NCBI GenBank assembly: GCA_010015585.1
Contig: ML975172.1
DNA: 64,000 nucleotides
From: Eremomyces bilateralis CBS 781.70
Taxonomy: Eukaryota
Strand: one strand, 5' to 3'
Shown here piece by piece: positions 52,329 through 64,000 of this stretch. The first letter of the stretch is position 1, and every line of letters begins with the position of its first letter. A program made the translations under genes and the position numbers. The notes under the pieces were generated by a model. That model had not been told where the DNA came from and did not search any database. It saw nothing but the letters and a program-made list of their open reading frames with translations.

Positions 52329-55300
52329 GGTTTGATGCGTGATTGAAGTGAAGAAAGAGGGTTGGTGATGCGGTGTATGGTGTGGGGATAGGTTGCGATA
52401 TGGATTTGATTTGCGGTTGCGGTTTGTTGATATTGGTGGAGGCACGTGGTGATCTAGGTTGAGGTTGATGGACGGGCGGAGATGGAGGAAGTTTGATTTT
52501 CCGGTAGGTGGGGGTGGAGTGGGGTGGAGCTAGGTGCATGAGTGTCACGTGCACGCCCCTTTAATGACCTCTGACCTCAACTGAGAGCGAACCATGGACG
52601 ACACAGATCTCACTCTGATTCTTCATTCTACACTCATGCCTCGCAAGAAATCTTCCATCTTCCACGCCCATCTTCTTGATCTGTAGCGCTCAAATGAAAT
52701 CTTCCAGGAGTGTGGATAATAAATCGTAATAAGTTGCCCTTTCTTCGCGCATATGCTTCACGATCTGTTGATTTGGCGTATCCACCTGCGATGCTGTTCA
52801 GTACTTCTCTAATGACGATGCCTAGATGCCGCATGCTCTCCCAACCCGGAAGACTACACGAAAAGGTAAGAAAAAACAAAGATTGTGCCATGTCCAGTAC
52901 AGTACATTGTGCGACGTATGCCGAGAAATGATTGCTCAGCGGCGAAAGCGCTGGGAATTGTTGCGCGGTCATCTGCGCTTCGAAAGAGCTTCGAATGAGA
53001 CGGAGAGTCATCAGGTTCAGCATGGCAGCAAGTGTCGGCACAATGCTGTGGCTCGAACCCTAGTCGTTTCAGAGTCGAAATGTTTTCTGCGACGCGCATT
53101 GAATTAATTTTGCACTACTTAAACCGAAATCTTAGGTATTCTGGTGTATGAATCGCCGGGTCACTATGGTGTGTTGGGGGTTGGTGGACCTCGTCATGCC
53201 CTCTAGTCAAGAGCTCCCGGTTCGATTCGGTCACAGTCAACTATGAGTCGAGGTTTCAGAAGCCTCTTGACGATGACGGTTCTGTTGGTGCAAAAACCTG
53301 CTTTCACCATGCCGCGGGTTTTTGTAGCGCTTGCCCTTACGTGTAGAGTAGTCGTAAGGGGGCGTGAGCTTTTTGCAATTTCCTTCTAGGAATCTAGAAG
53401 TCCGAGAGGATGGATGTTTTAGATGTTGAGTCTCCGGTCGCCCCTTCCCTTCGGTCAGTTGGCACTTAGGGGGGTCTTTGTTCGTTTGATGATCAACTTC
53501 TCCTTCTCAGCCGTGAGGATAGATGCTTTAAAGCAAAAGGGTTAATAGATATTGTTCCAATACAATACTATACGGCGTATAGAAGATATCATATGGATGG
53601 AACATCTTCTGAGCATTGACAAGCTATTCCGTAGGGCCTGCCTCCACAGCATACTCTACTAATCGATTGGCTCTGAGGGTTGAGGTGCTTAGGAAAGCGA
53701 ATAGAAGCTCGGCTTGTCTTGTAAGAGAAAATTAAAAGTGCGCTGATCCTACGTGGATAGAAGCTGTCTGTCACGGTGCTATTTTGGAGGACCATGGATA
53801 TGGATCACTATCGTAAAACAGCTTGTATTTGACGAAACGAAAGATGAAGAAGGAGAATGGGAAACCAGAACAGAGAGAGATATAATATACACAAAGCGGG
53901 ATTGTGAATCACCACGTGATAGCCCCTAACACATCGGAGGCATCACATCACATCGTATCGTGAGGCATCCGTATCAGGCCATAAGTCAACAATACATTAA
54001 CGCCTCAAAGCACGAAAAGTACGACCGTGACACTGTCAATCATTAGTTTAGCGTCCTTACTATCCCTTAGATCTTATATCGCATACACATTAATTAGATA
54101 TGATGCCAGCAAGTCGATCAAATCTTATCTCGTCAGACATTTCCCTTTGGAGCGTTGATCGATTGCCATCGTTCCGCTCTCCTTTCAAGCGTCGCTCCAA
54201 TCTCGGGTACATCCTGGCTGAAATACAACATGTAGCCTACCGCGGTTCGAGTAGATGATACAGAACCACCCGCTGGCGTGGAAGCGAAACATCAAGCAGT
54301 CGAAGTGACGGTGACAAGCTTTCGGGTACCCTGCTTAGCGTGGCATGGCGAAAGCTTGCGCAGCCTCTGGCGGGGATGTTTCAAAGATAGTGGGGCCAAT
54401 CTGTCTCGATTGCACGGGTCGGGCTAGTTTGATGAACGAGAGCTCGGTCGAGGATGGTCCGGTGGCATGGGGAGGTGGTGAGGGTTCGTTTCCGGATATA
54501 ACGGGTGAAGGGAATGAAGTGCAGGGGAGTCTAGTTCCGGGATAGTGGTGTTGCAACGAGAAGATTGGTGCAACTCGCAGGAATATATTATTAACCTGCT
54601 CCGAGATGAGGTGGAGGATGAGGATCCGATAGTGCTTAGTTCGGAATCCTCCTACAGGATACTTCGAATCAGGCCGTGAATGTTCACGTTGCCTTTGTCT
54701 CGGGTAGGGATGCATGAATCACCTCAGTGATACCGCCACTCCGCTCGGGCAGGCATCCATATGAATCAAGGAAAAATATCAATATCAAGTAATGCAGCTA
54801 ATAGCATACCATGTAGTGCTGTGCCGTATCAGAAACACCAGTGGGCGTCGTCATCAATATTTAATAGGATTGGTGCCGTCCCGCCCCGCAGATGAGGCTT
54901 GCCATGGGTTGGGGGGCGGGATCTGAGCTCATGAGCTGAATGTCAGCGAGGCTGCGCCGCTGCGGCAGCTCGGACTCCACAGATGCCGTTTGTTCCGCCC
55001 CCCTCTTCGCCTACGATACACCAGACTCGCGATGGACTTTGTCAGTGAGTTGTTTTCCCCGGTGGGGTGTCAGATGCAGGTTGGCCTTACCCTTATAGAT
55101 GGAGAGGGGTCGCGTCGTGGAATGCGCTCGTGACGATATGATCAACACACCGCCAACTGTCATTGTATACGTGTGGAGAGAGCACTTCGGACTTAATCGG
55201 CCACTTCGGATGAAGGGAAATACCATCAATACTATGCATCCCACCATTATCAGTCATCGCATCACCACATCCACGCGTTAGTTAGATTAGTAAGGACTGC

Positions 55301-55745
55301 GGAGGCGTCAGCGCAATGGTGTGGGAGAACCGGGGAAAGAGGAGAACGACGGCGAAGCAGCTGCAGGCCATCCCAATGATCCCGCTCCCGGTCGGGAAAG
55401 CACGAACGGAAGCGTAACCTGATTCCAGACTAGCGCGCCTTCCATCCCGCTCAGCGTCGTGGTTTCCGAAAAAGCCGCGGCGGATCCGTATGTCGTCCGC
55501 TCTCCCCTTCTGAGTCTCATTCTCCGGCTCCCCCCGTCTTCCCCCCCGTCCGCACCCAATTTCCCTTTTCCCTTCGGTTTTCCTCTCCTCACCACCTCTC
55601 CTCACCCTTTCTCCGCCCTCCGACTCGACCGTCACGATACCCTTTCCTTTCTTTCGCTTGGTTTTCGAACGATTCTACGCGTAACTCCTGAGGATTCTTC
55701 CATTCGATGAGTTAACCTTCCCATCTGGCGCAAAAATTCGCGATT

Positions 55746-57800
55746 ATGGACATTCCTCCGACTTCCGCACCTCCCGCCGACCTTCCCCCGCCGTCGCATT
55801 CAACACCCTCCCAACCTGCGACTTCCGACCTCAAGCGCAAACGCAGTCCATCCGACGGCATACATGCGTCTGCCTCTCACTCCGGCCCCCCTCCCGCGAA
55901 GCGAACCACGAATACTCTGCAGATCAATTACCTCGCCCGCCAATTCGAAGATGATCTCCCGCTCGTCTCCACCGACGACACCATGCCCGCCATCCTGCAT
56001 CTGCTGGGCGAATATCAAGGTGTCCTCGACCGCCACGAGTCTATGGGCGGGAACCTCGGGGCCCGTCCGCTCGGCCCGATCCTCATCAAGCGCTTCGAGC
56101 GACTCTTCGACGGTCCGCCGAGGGTGATCAAAGCGCATGGGAAAGACGGCGGGGCCGCCGGGGTGACGTGGTTGGATGTGGTGGAGTTTGCGCGGAACAA
56201 GCCCGAGCAGTTCACGCTGGGGCAGATGAGCGAGGGAGTGCGGGTATGTCAGTTCTACACGAAGCAATGTCGCGTGCAGGTTAGCGAGGAGGATTGGGTG
56301 TTGATCAATAGCGGGATTCCACAGAAGATGATCCCGCCGCAGCCGATCATGGAGGATGAGGAAAAGGAGCTAGGGACGTTGGAGATCTTGGAGAAGAGTT
56401 TGGCGAGTATTTTCCATTTGGCGGATCAAGGTGAGTTTCTTTCTTCTCCTGACGACCTGGAGGATCTGCCAGAGCGTGTTTGCCGGTCGCAAACATATAT
56501 GCAGAGCCCTTTGGCCTTGAATAGCTATAGCTGGCGATCACTCCACGCGATGAATCTTGCGCAAATGCTAACTTCGTCTCCAGTCGCCGCACGCTCTCGC
56601 CAACTCAACCACAAGCTCAAAGGACGTAAACAAGCCATCCTCGACCGACGCGCAACCTCTCCCTCGGTCTCCATCCGCTCCTCCTCACCGTCCGCTCTCG
56701 CCTACCTTAACGGTATTGCCAGTACTTCTACCGCTCTTACCACTACTGGGCCATCTGGCTTCACCGCTGTCAACGCGACTCCTCACCCAAGCTCGTCCAC
56801 CAATGGCGACAAGCCTCATCAAGCGTCCGGCGCATCCAGCGCCACCACCCGCGCGGAGCTTCTCTCGAAATTCCACACTCTCGCCGACCGACGCGCAAGC
56901 AGTGGCAGCGTCAACGGTGATCTGCGATTCAACACCCCTCGGGCTAGCACCGGCGGTGCCTTGAACTCCCCCGGCTACCCCACTGCCAACTTTACCTCCG
57001 CACCAACACATTCCCAAGCGCACCCCTCCGGCACCATCTATGCGCACTCCCCCAACTTCCCTCCCCCTCGCGCCCCCGACTCCGCCACCGCAACCCCGAC
57101 CGCCCCTCGGCCCGCCCGCCTCCGCCAACCTCCCAACGACGACGACGCGCAACCCTACCGCGCCCCTATGGTCGCGAAGATGGAAGCCCTCGCGAAGGGC
57201 GACCGGGTCATCCCACCATGCGATCGCTGCCGCCGCCTCCACATGGACTGCATCAAGAACCTCACCGCCTGCCTCGGCTGCACGCGCAAGCACGCGAAGT
57301 GCAGCTGGTGGGAAGTCAAAGCCGGCGAGATGGACAACGACAACGACGGCGACGACGGATTGGCTGTGTCGGGTGCGGGGGTGCAGCCGCAGTCGCAGTC
57401 GCGTGGCGGGAGCGCGGGCGAGACGGGCGGGGATGGACCGGCGGTGGACCAGCTCGCAGAGGCGGCATATGCGGCGCGCGAACACCAACAACCACCTCAA
57501 CACCATCTCCCGACTAACCCTGCCGACGACCCCGCTGCCAGCGTCGCCCCTCCGACCGACGACGGCGCAGCGGCGCTCAGCACGCTAGGGCAGCTAGGGA
57601 TGGGCGCGCTAGAGCGGTACGCGGCGGCTGGGGAATTGGAGATGCAGCCGGTGCATGTGGAGAGTCATGGCGTGGCAATTGGTGCGGATGAGGGGAGGGA
57701 GGGGGTGGATGGGATTCAGGATGAGAGGAGGGGGTTTGGCGAGGTGGAAATGCGGGATGTGAGGGATGGTGGGGAGGAGATAGGGAAGGTGGATGTATAG
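55746..57800 (+). CDS. Conserved protein with a six-Cys zinc-cluster-like motif (putative transcription factor)
   Basis: CDRCRRLHMDCIKNLTACLGCTRKHAKC. There is a probable intron at about 56430-56583 (GTGAGT..CTAAC..CAG). Confidence 0.82.
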   Translation: MDIPPTSAPPADLPPPSHSTPSQPATSDLKRKRSPSDGIHASASHSGPPPAKRTTNTLQINYLARQFEDDLPLVSTDDTMPAILHLLGEYQGVLDRHESMGGNLGARPLGPILIKRFERLFDGPPRVIKAHGKDGGAAGVTWLDVVEFARNKPEQFTLGQMSEGVRVCQFYTKQCRVQVSEEDWVLINSGIPQKMIPPQPIMEDEEKELGTLEILEKSLASIFHLADQGEFLSSPDDLEDLPERVCRSQTYMQSPLALNSYSWRSLHAMNLAQMLTSSPVAARSRQLNHKLKGRKQAILDRRATSPSVSIRSSSPSALAYLNGIASTSTALTTTGPSGFTAVNATPHPSSSTNGDKPHQASGASSATTRAELLSKFHTLADRRASSGSVNGDLRFNTPRASTGGALNSPGYPTANFTSAPTHSQAHPSGTIYAHSPNFPPPRAPDSATATPTAPRPARLRQPPNDDDAQPYRAPMVAKMEALAKGDRVIPPCDRCRRLHMDCIKNLTACLGCTRKHAKCSWWEVKAGEMDNDNDGDDGLAVSGAGVQPQSQSRGGSAGETGGDGPAVDQLAEAAYAAREHQQPPQHHLPTNPADDPAASVAPPTDDGAAALSTLGQLGMGALERYAAAGELEMQPVHVESHGVAIGADEGREGVDGIQDERRGFGEVEMRDVRDGGEEIGKVDV

Positions 57801-58656
57801 GTATGAGGACGCGTAGTTTGTTGGTTGGGTGCGCACGTGGTCTGTTTCTGGATTATCTTATCAGCAACGGAGGCGTGGGATGGTTACTGTACGGTATGTA
57901 CTGCAGAGGACGGGTCTGACATGATACAATGTCTCTAAGCCCAGGACGATTATTTGGTGGAACTGTATTCTTCTCCTATCGGTCGATACCGGTAGGAGGC
58001 GCGTTTCTCGTCGCTGTACTGTCATAATTGTCTGGATACCTATGTACGAATTATAGAAGCAGTGGGATAATATCAGTTTGTCTAAGTACCAATCCTTCCA
58101 CACCTATAACCACTGCCCCCAGTCCTATCACGCCGGTCCCATCCTCGATGCGATGCATCCACTTCGCAAACACATCTGATAAAAATAACGTTCGAACCCC
58201 TCCATCGCCCATCGCCACTCCTCCCAAGTCCCAACACCACGATACCCAGAGCCTCGGCACCGATTGCCTATCAAGAACACGAGCGTCCCCGTCTACAACA
58301 CGATCTTGGCGACTTTAATCTGGGATCGTCCCTGGCTCCGCCCCCAATTATAGTGTCCTTTCGTGCCCAGACGGATGGGCTTCACTATTGCTTGGATGGT
58401 GATGCGCATATTCCTTAGATTGGAGATGTGTATTTGGAGAAATCAGTCTTGCGTATAGGTGGAGGTATTGTCGCGCTGGAGACTGCGGTGGGTGACGTGT
58501 GTGTAACTGTGTATAAGGATAGGAGCTAGATATAAAGTAGGTGGATCGGTCGTTGGTTTAGCCTATTTGGTGGGCTCTGGATCTTCATCTGGCTAGTCAA
58601 TGTCCCTGCATACACGTACCTGACTTAGCTCCACCGTTCAGTGCCATCTCGTCAGG

Positions 58657-59867
58657 ATGTATTCACACAGATTAGTCGTTTTAGGCGTCCTGGCTACATC
58701 GATCTACTCCGTCCAGAGCTGGTGTCAGGCCGACAATGGCCAACGCGGCATCTGCATGCCCACCAGCCCCTGCGCGAGAAAAAATGGCATCTCCGAGCCC
58801 GGCCACTGTCCCGGCCCCATTGATTACCAGGTACCTCATCCCTCTCCTCCCTCTACTCCCCAATTAACTCCCCCCTCCCCCCAGTGCTGCACCTTCGGCA
58901 CCTGCACCGCCGCCGGCATCCCCGGCTGGTACCAACCCCACTCCGCCTGCTCCGGCACCTCCCACGCGGTCCTCCCGCACGCGCACCAGTCCGACGTGTT
59001 CTCCTGCACGTACGGAACCTGCGACTCGAAAGGCGGTACCTGCCAGCCGGTGGACACGTGCGATGGGACGAGCTACGCAGAGGATCTGTGTCCGGGCCCA
59101 AACGCGATTCAGTGCTGCGTGGCGAAGAAGAAGAAGAAGCCGACGCGGCCAGAGTGCGATGGGAGTTGTATAGTGAGGCCGGTAAGGGCGGATGCGGCGG
59201 TAGTGGGTTTGGTTAAGGGGAAGTAGAGGAGGAGGGATCACCCTTGTACGTGGATGTTCGGGGTCTGTAAAGGCAGGGCTAACTGTGGTAGATGAGGTTG
59301 TTGAAGGGAATGGGGAATGGACGGTCGGATGGGGCCATCGGTGCTCAGAGCCAAAATGCGCTGAGATTTCCGGGTGTCCGGTCCCCGATTCCACAATCGA
59401 GGCGCTATTCAACAGTGACCTCCACGTATGCCACCCGCCAGCACCCATCGCCATCCTACTAACCCCTTTCTAGGAAGCCGAGCGCTGCGTCACCATGAAC
59501 ACCCTCGCCTGCGTCTCCCTCACCCACTCCCAATACGGCGCCCTCGTCTCCGTCGCCTTTAAACACCGGCTGCCCGCAATTCACAGCGTTCGGCCTCCTG
59601 AAAACGCTGAATGGCTGCACCGGCGCCGACGCCGTCACGGCTGGGCTGTTCTATAATCTGAAAGCCAACGACGCGGACGCGCAGGCGGGCGTGCGGGCGC
59701 GGCGGGAGGAGGAGTGGGGGCATTATCGGGCGAATGCGAATACGGCGAGGGCGATTCCGACGGAGCATACGCTTCCTGATGGACGAGATGTGATCCGGAG
59801 AAGGGGAAGAGGTTGGTGGGATTCGGTGGGAGGGCCGTGCCGGTTTGTTGATGGTACTTCGCGATAA
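58657..59867 (+). pseudogene. Secreted Cys-rich repeats fused to a GH24-type lysozyme, disrupted
   Basis: Signal peptide and C..CPGP..QCC repeats, then WTVGWGHRC, QYGALVSVAF[fs]NTGC..LLKTLN and GVRARREEE. TAG at 59224-59226 and a frameshift at about 59561. Introns at 58831-58884, 59246-59291 and 59426-59473. Confidence 0.75.
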
Positions 59868-60749
59868 AGGATCGGTTATGATGGCGTGATAATGTAGGTT
59901 GACTTTGAATAGGAAATTCTGGGGATCAGGTGGTGTTTTTTGACTGGGGGAGACGTTGATGAGTGGAAATTGACGGATATCAACCCAAACAGCGATGAAC
60001 CGCTTGCCTTAACTTTTCTGACTCGTTAGGCATAGAGTAGAGGGACGTATACGCGCTAGAGTAGGGGAGACAGTCTTTAAAACACTTCTCCCGCAAGCTG
60101 TGCCCGTGTTCAAATTTGTCAGTTGCATACTCCGTGCTGCTATAGAGAGAACGATAGAAAGTCCAAGTAACTTGCTGTGTTGAAGATAAGGAAGCTGGGT
60201 GGTAGAAATAGAGAACTTGAAATAGGTAGTTATAAAAAAGGGGTCCACAAAGAACCTGACGCGACCGGCACGCGAACCAACACCAACCCCATAAGTCATG
60301 AATGCTATCGAACAGAAACGATTAAAGGACGATAAGGAATTACCATCCTCAAACAGGCGAGCCGCTATTAACAGCCCGATGGATAGCAGAAATCCGCCGA
60401 TTCCAATACCATCCATTGTCGGCCCCGATATTCCACGCTCCAGCCCGGGTTCCTCGATGCCGCTCTTCGAGATTTGAGGGAAACCGATTCCTCTTTGGTG
60501 CAGTGTATCTAGAAACAACTCCTCGAAGAGAACGGAAGATGTGGTGGATATGATATTAAGGATAAAGTCCTCCCCGGAGAGCCGATCTGGCCTTTTGCGT
60601 ATCGCAATGCGGCTGGCTGGCAGATAGCAAACAGATGCCAGGGTTGTCTTGTCAGAGATCAGTCTTTCAGGATATCTCTATTTTTCGGGATCCGCCGGTC
60701 TCTCTACCGAGCCCCCATTTCTTAGTTCTACTTAGGTGGTCTAGCCCCC

Positions 60750-60808
60750 ATGGTTCCCCCATAGTTCCCCTGTGGTTCCCCTGTGGTTCCCCCGTGGTTC
60801 CCGCGTGG
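60750..60808. repeat. 11-bp tandem repeat (GTGGTTCCCCT-like) x5
   Basis: Read directly from the sequence. Confidence 0.85.
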
Positions 60809-61218
60809 AGGAGCATACCATACCCCACTATATCACCAACGCTTCTTTCTTTGCTTCTTCGCTCGTTTTGAGGAAACCAAGGTCCCCACGACCATCAATT
60901 GTATACAGAACATAAAAGATGAGCGTATTCTTGTAGTTTGTACGCTCATTAAGGATCAAGATCAATCAACACTTTCAATTCTTGGTAATCAAGTGCTCTC
61001 CTGCTGAAGTCGCATCTCCAGATCACCGATCAAAGGAACAGCTATTTTCTGTCATGTTTGCCTCCACTGTTATCAAGGAATCTTGGCTTCGGAATGTTTG
61101 CTCGCAGATAAGGCCGGAAAGCAACTGCATGTCAAGGCGGGCAAGTTACGCAGTTCTCATGGTCGTCTTTTTAATTAAATTCAGGCGATATTATAATCCC
61201 TGAATTCAAGAAGTCACG

Positions 61219-63171
61219 ATGAATTCAAGTCTGCGGTTCTCATTCGTTTCCAACATCGTATTCGTTTGTCTCCTATCAGTTGTTCATGGAGTCTCCAATG
61301 CAAGTGGTCACGATGCGTCCTTCCTCCAGGGCGGCTTCGACCAGATGCCATATGAGTACTATTTCCCCAATTCGGAGTTAGAAGACACGCCAGGTCTCTT
61401 CCCAATGCCGAAATGCTACGGATTTACTCTAGAAGAGGCTTCAATAGACGATCTCCAGCGGGCAATGGCTCGTGGCTTCTTAAACTCTGTTCAGCTTGTG
61501 CAATGTTGCTTGAGTCGAGACATCCAAACCGATGAGTACATCAAGTAAGATCTCTCATTAAAATCCCCGTGCCACTCGATGCTCCACCTACCTTGTGGAT
61601 GAAGTTGTTTAATATCCCTTGTCTCGAAGTACGTCTAACTGCTATAAAAGTTCGGTGCTGGAACGGAATCCCGATGTATTCCAGATCGCGGCTTCACTTG
61701 ATCTGGAGCGTCGCATGGGCAAAGTCCGCTCACCACTCCATGGGATACCATTCCTTGTCAAAGAAAACATTGCCACGAAGGATAAAATGCAAACCACTGC
61801 CGGCAGCCATGCACTCCTTGGATCGATTGTGCCCCGAGATGCACACGTCGTCCGTCTACTCAGGGAGGCTGGAGCTGTCCTTCTAGGGAAGGCAACCTTG
61901 AGTGAGTGGGCGGATATGCGCAGCAACAACTATTCCGAGGGTTACTCTGCCCGAGGTGGGCAAGCCAGAAGCCCTTACAATTTAACCCTGAACCCTGGTG
62001 GATCAAGCAGTGGTAGTGCAGCGGCAGTTGCAGCTAATGTCGTCCCCTTTTCGCTTGGAACCGAGACGGATGGGAGTGTGATCAGTCCTGCTGAGCGGAA
62101 TGCAGTAGTCGGGATCAAACCCACCGTTGGACTAACGTCTCGAGCCGGGTGAGTTGAAGGGGGCGTCTTCCAGTTTCGAATTCTAACATGTGATAGAGTC
62201 ATCCCAGAATCAATTCATCAAGACACGGTGGGAACGTTTGGAAAGACCGTGAGGGATGCGACATATGCATTTGACGCCATATTCGGACCGGATTCAATGG
62301 ACAATTACACCGCTGCTCAAGTTGGTAATACGCCAAAAAGAGGATACGCAAGCTTTCTAGCCGATAAATCAGCTCTGAAAGGAGCAAAGTTTGGACTTCC
62401 TTGGAACAGCTTCTGGGTGTATGCCGACGAGGAGCAGCAATCCATCCTTCTTCAACTGATTGATATGATCAAGCAGCAGGCGCCACGGTGATAAATGGGA
62501 CGGAGCTGCCAAACTACGAGACGATCGTGTCCCCCAACGGCTGGGACTGGGATTACGGCACGACACGCGGACGATCTAATGAGTCGGAGTACACGGTGGT
62601 CAAAGTGGACTTCTACAACAACATCAAATCGTACCTTTCCGAGCTTAAAAACACAAACATTCGTTCGCTGGAGGATATCGTCGCGTACAATTACGCCAAC
62701 GACGGCACCGAGGGCGGAAACCCATGGCCATTTGGCAACCCCGCCTTCTACTCCGGCCAAGATGGATTCCTCGCATCTCTCGAGACCAAAGGACGTATGG
62801 ACGAGACATACTATCAAGCCCTCGAATTCTGCCAACGCAGCACACGCGAAGATGGAATCGACGCTGCCTTGGCCCAAGGCCCAGATGGCAGTCAACTTGA
62901 CGCATTGCTCGTCCCACCGGACGTGGGTCAGACATACCAGATCGCAGCGCAGGCGGGATATCCCATGATCACGGTTCCTGCATCGGTACAGTCGTCAACT
63001 GGGATGCCGTTCGGGCTTGCACTCATGCAAACGGCATGGGGAGAGTCGAAGTTGATTCGGTATGCCAGTGCGATTGAAAATCTGCAACGAACGTCTGGAA
63101 CGCCGTATAAAAGAACGCTGCCAGGTTGGTATGGTTATCTCAGGAAGAATATTCCGGTGCTTAACTTGTAA
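61219..63171 (+). CDS. Secreted amidase-signature enzyme with a 1-bp frameshift
   Basis: Signal peptide, PLHGIPFLVKENI, GGSSSGSA and GTETDGS. Introns at 61545-61650 and 62149-62196. The frame breaks at about 62473. Confidence 0.85.
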
Positions 63172-64000
63172 GGAGTAGCTAGGTAATAGCATGTACACCC
63201 GGAGAGGCTTGATCCGCCTGTGAGTATCAAAAGATATTTAGTAGGGGATATAATAGTGAAGAGCAGGTGGGCTTTGGAATATTAGATCACCACCCTTTTC
63301 ACAAAAATCTCTCAGTCATCAATTCAACAATCGCCTCCTTTTTTGACTTCTGAGTAACAATACATTAAATTAGTTGTGCTCCAGATGCAGTCCTATCAGT
63401 GAGCTTCGTGAGACACTAGCGAATAGCACACGGGATAACTAGTTGAACGTTATTCCGATTACAACTTCTATAACCTGTCAACTTCACAACATTCCTTCAG
63501 TAAGACACACTTTTGCGTAGTGATTTAATCGTAGCCGAATCTTTGACAAACCGTAATGGACGTGTTAGGAAGAGGGATCAACAACTCCATGATTAGGTTG
63601 CTCTGTATCCCCATGATAGGTTCTTCGCCGCGCATCGGCCAGCAATCAAACATTTCCTTTCTTCGGCATCACAACAGTTGGTTCATTGAGTCTTTTTGCG
63701 GTCTCTCTTTTGGTCAAACCTCTCAATTCCTGCCTCAAGGCAGACCCCCGATTCGTCATCCGGTCAAATAATGTTACTGTGCCATGTTGCGTCAGAGAAG
63801 TCGGCGAGATCAACCCGAAACGAGCCCCTGCCAGTAGTCAAGCCTTCTCGGCTCTCGCTCCTCAGTAGCTCGATCTTCAGCGCCACTCCCCTAGTGTTGC
63901 ACCGCGTATCCACTTGCCAGAACTCTAATCCAAGAATCAGCGGGTCGCCTTGAGCCTCACTTTCATAACCCGGTCTCGGGCTACGAGATTTGGCCTGTTG

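Noticed and set aside
53155..53240. tRNA-like sequence (TGGTGT..GG, GGTTCGATTC)
   Set aside because: A cloverleaf cannot be formed.
60009..60518. 169-aa minus-strand ORF
   Set aside because: Non-ATG start and no recognisable motif.
1..64000. CRISPR array, rRNA or TPP riboswitch
   Set aside because: No repeat-spacer pattern or conserved RNA core was seen by eye. An Rfam scan would be needed to exclude small RNAs.

Overview
Fungal (Pezizomycotina-type ascomycete) genomic DNA with GT..AG introns and CTRAC/CTAAT branch sites. The core genes are an amidase, SEC63, a vWA protein, a DUF7053-like protein, a Q-rich coiled-coil protein, a UCH deubiquitinase, a small secreted protein, an Mpv17/PMP22 protein, LSM7, a six-Cys zinc-cluster protein and a second amidase. 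They alternate with decayed accessory blocks at about 1-2.4, 10-22.8, 29-37.5 and 40-43.7 kb. The clearest structure is a nest at 17.3-22.7 kb. An apparently intact 2832-bp hAT transposon (TIRs, 8-bp TSD, 638-aa transposase) sits inside a decayed minus-strand gene resembling a DUF3435/Starship-captain tyrosine recombinase. Two independent solo LTRs of one family bracket it, each with its own 5-bp TSD. Other relics are DUF6589-like, HNH, NACHT and three kinase-like pseudogenes, plus a Cys-rich/GH24 lysozyme gene broken at or near the catalytic Glu. Family names come from motif recognition only; no database search was run.
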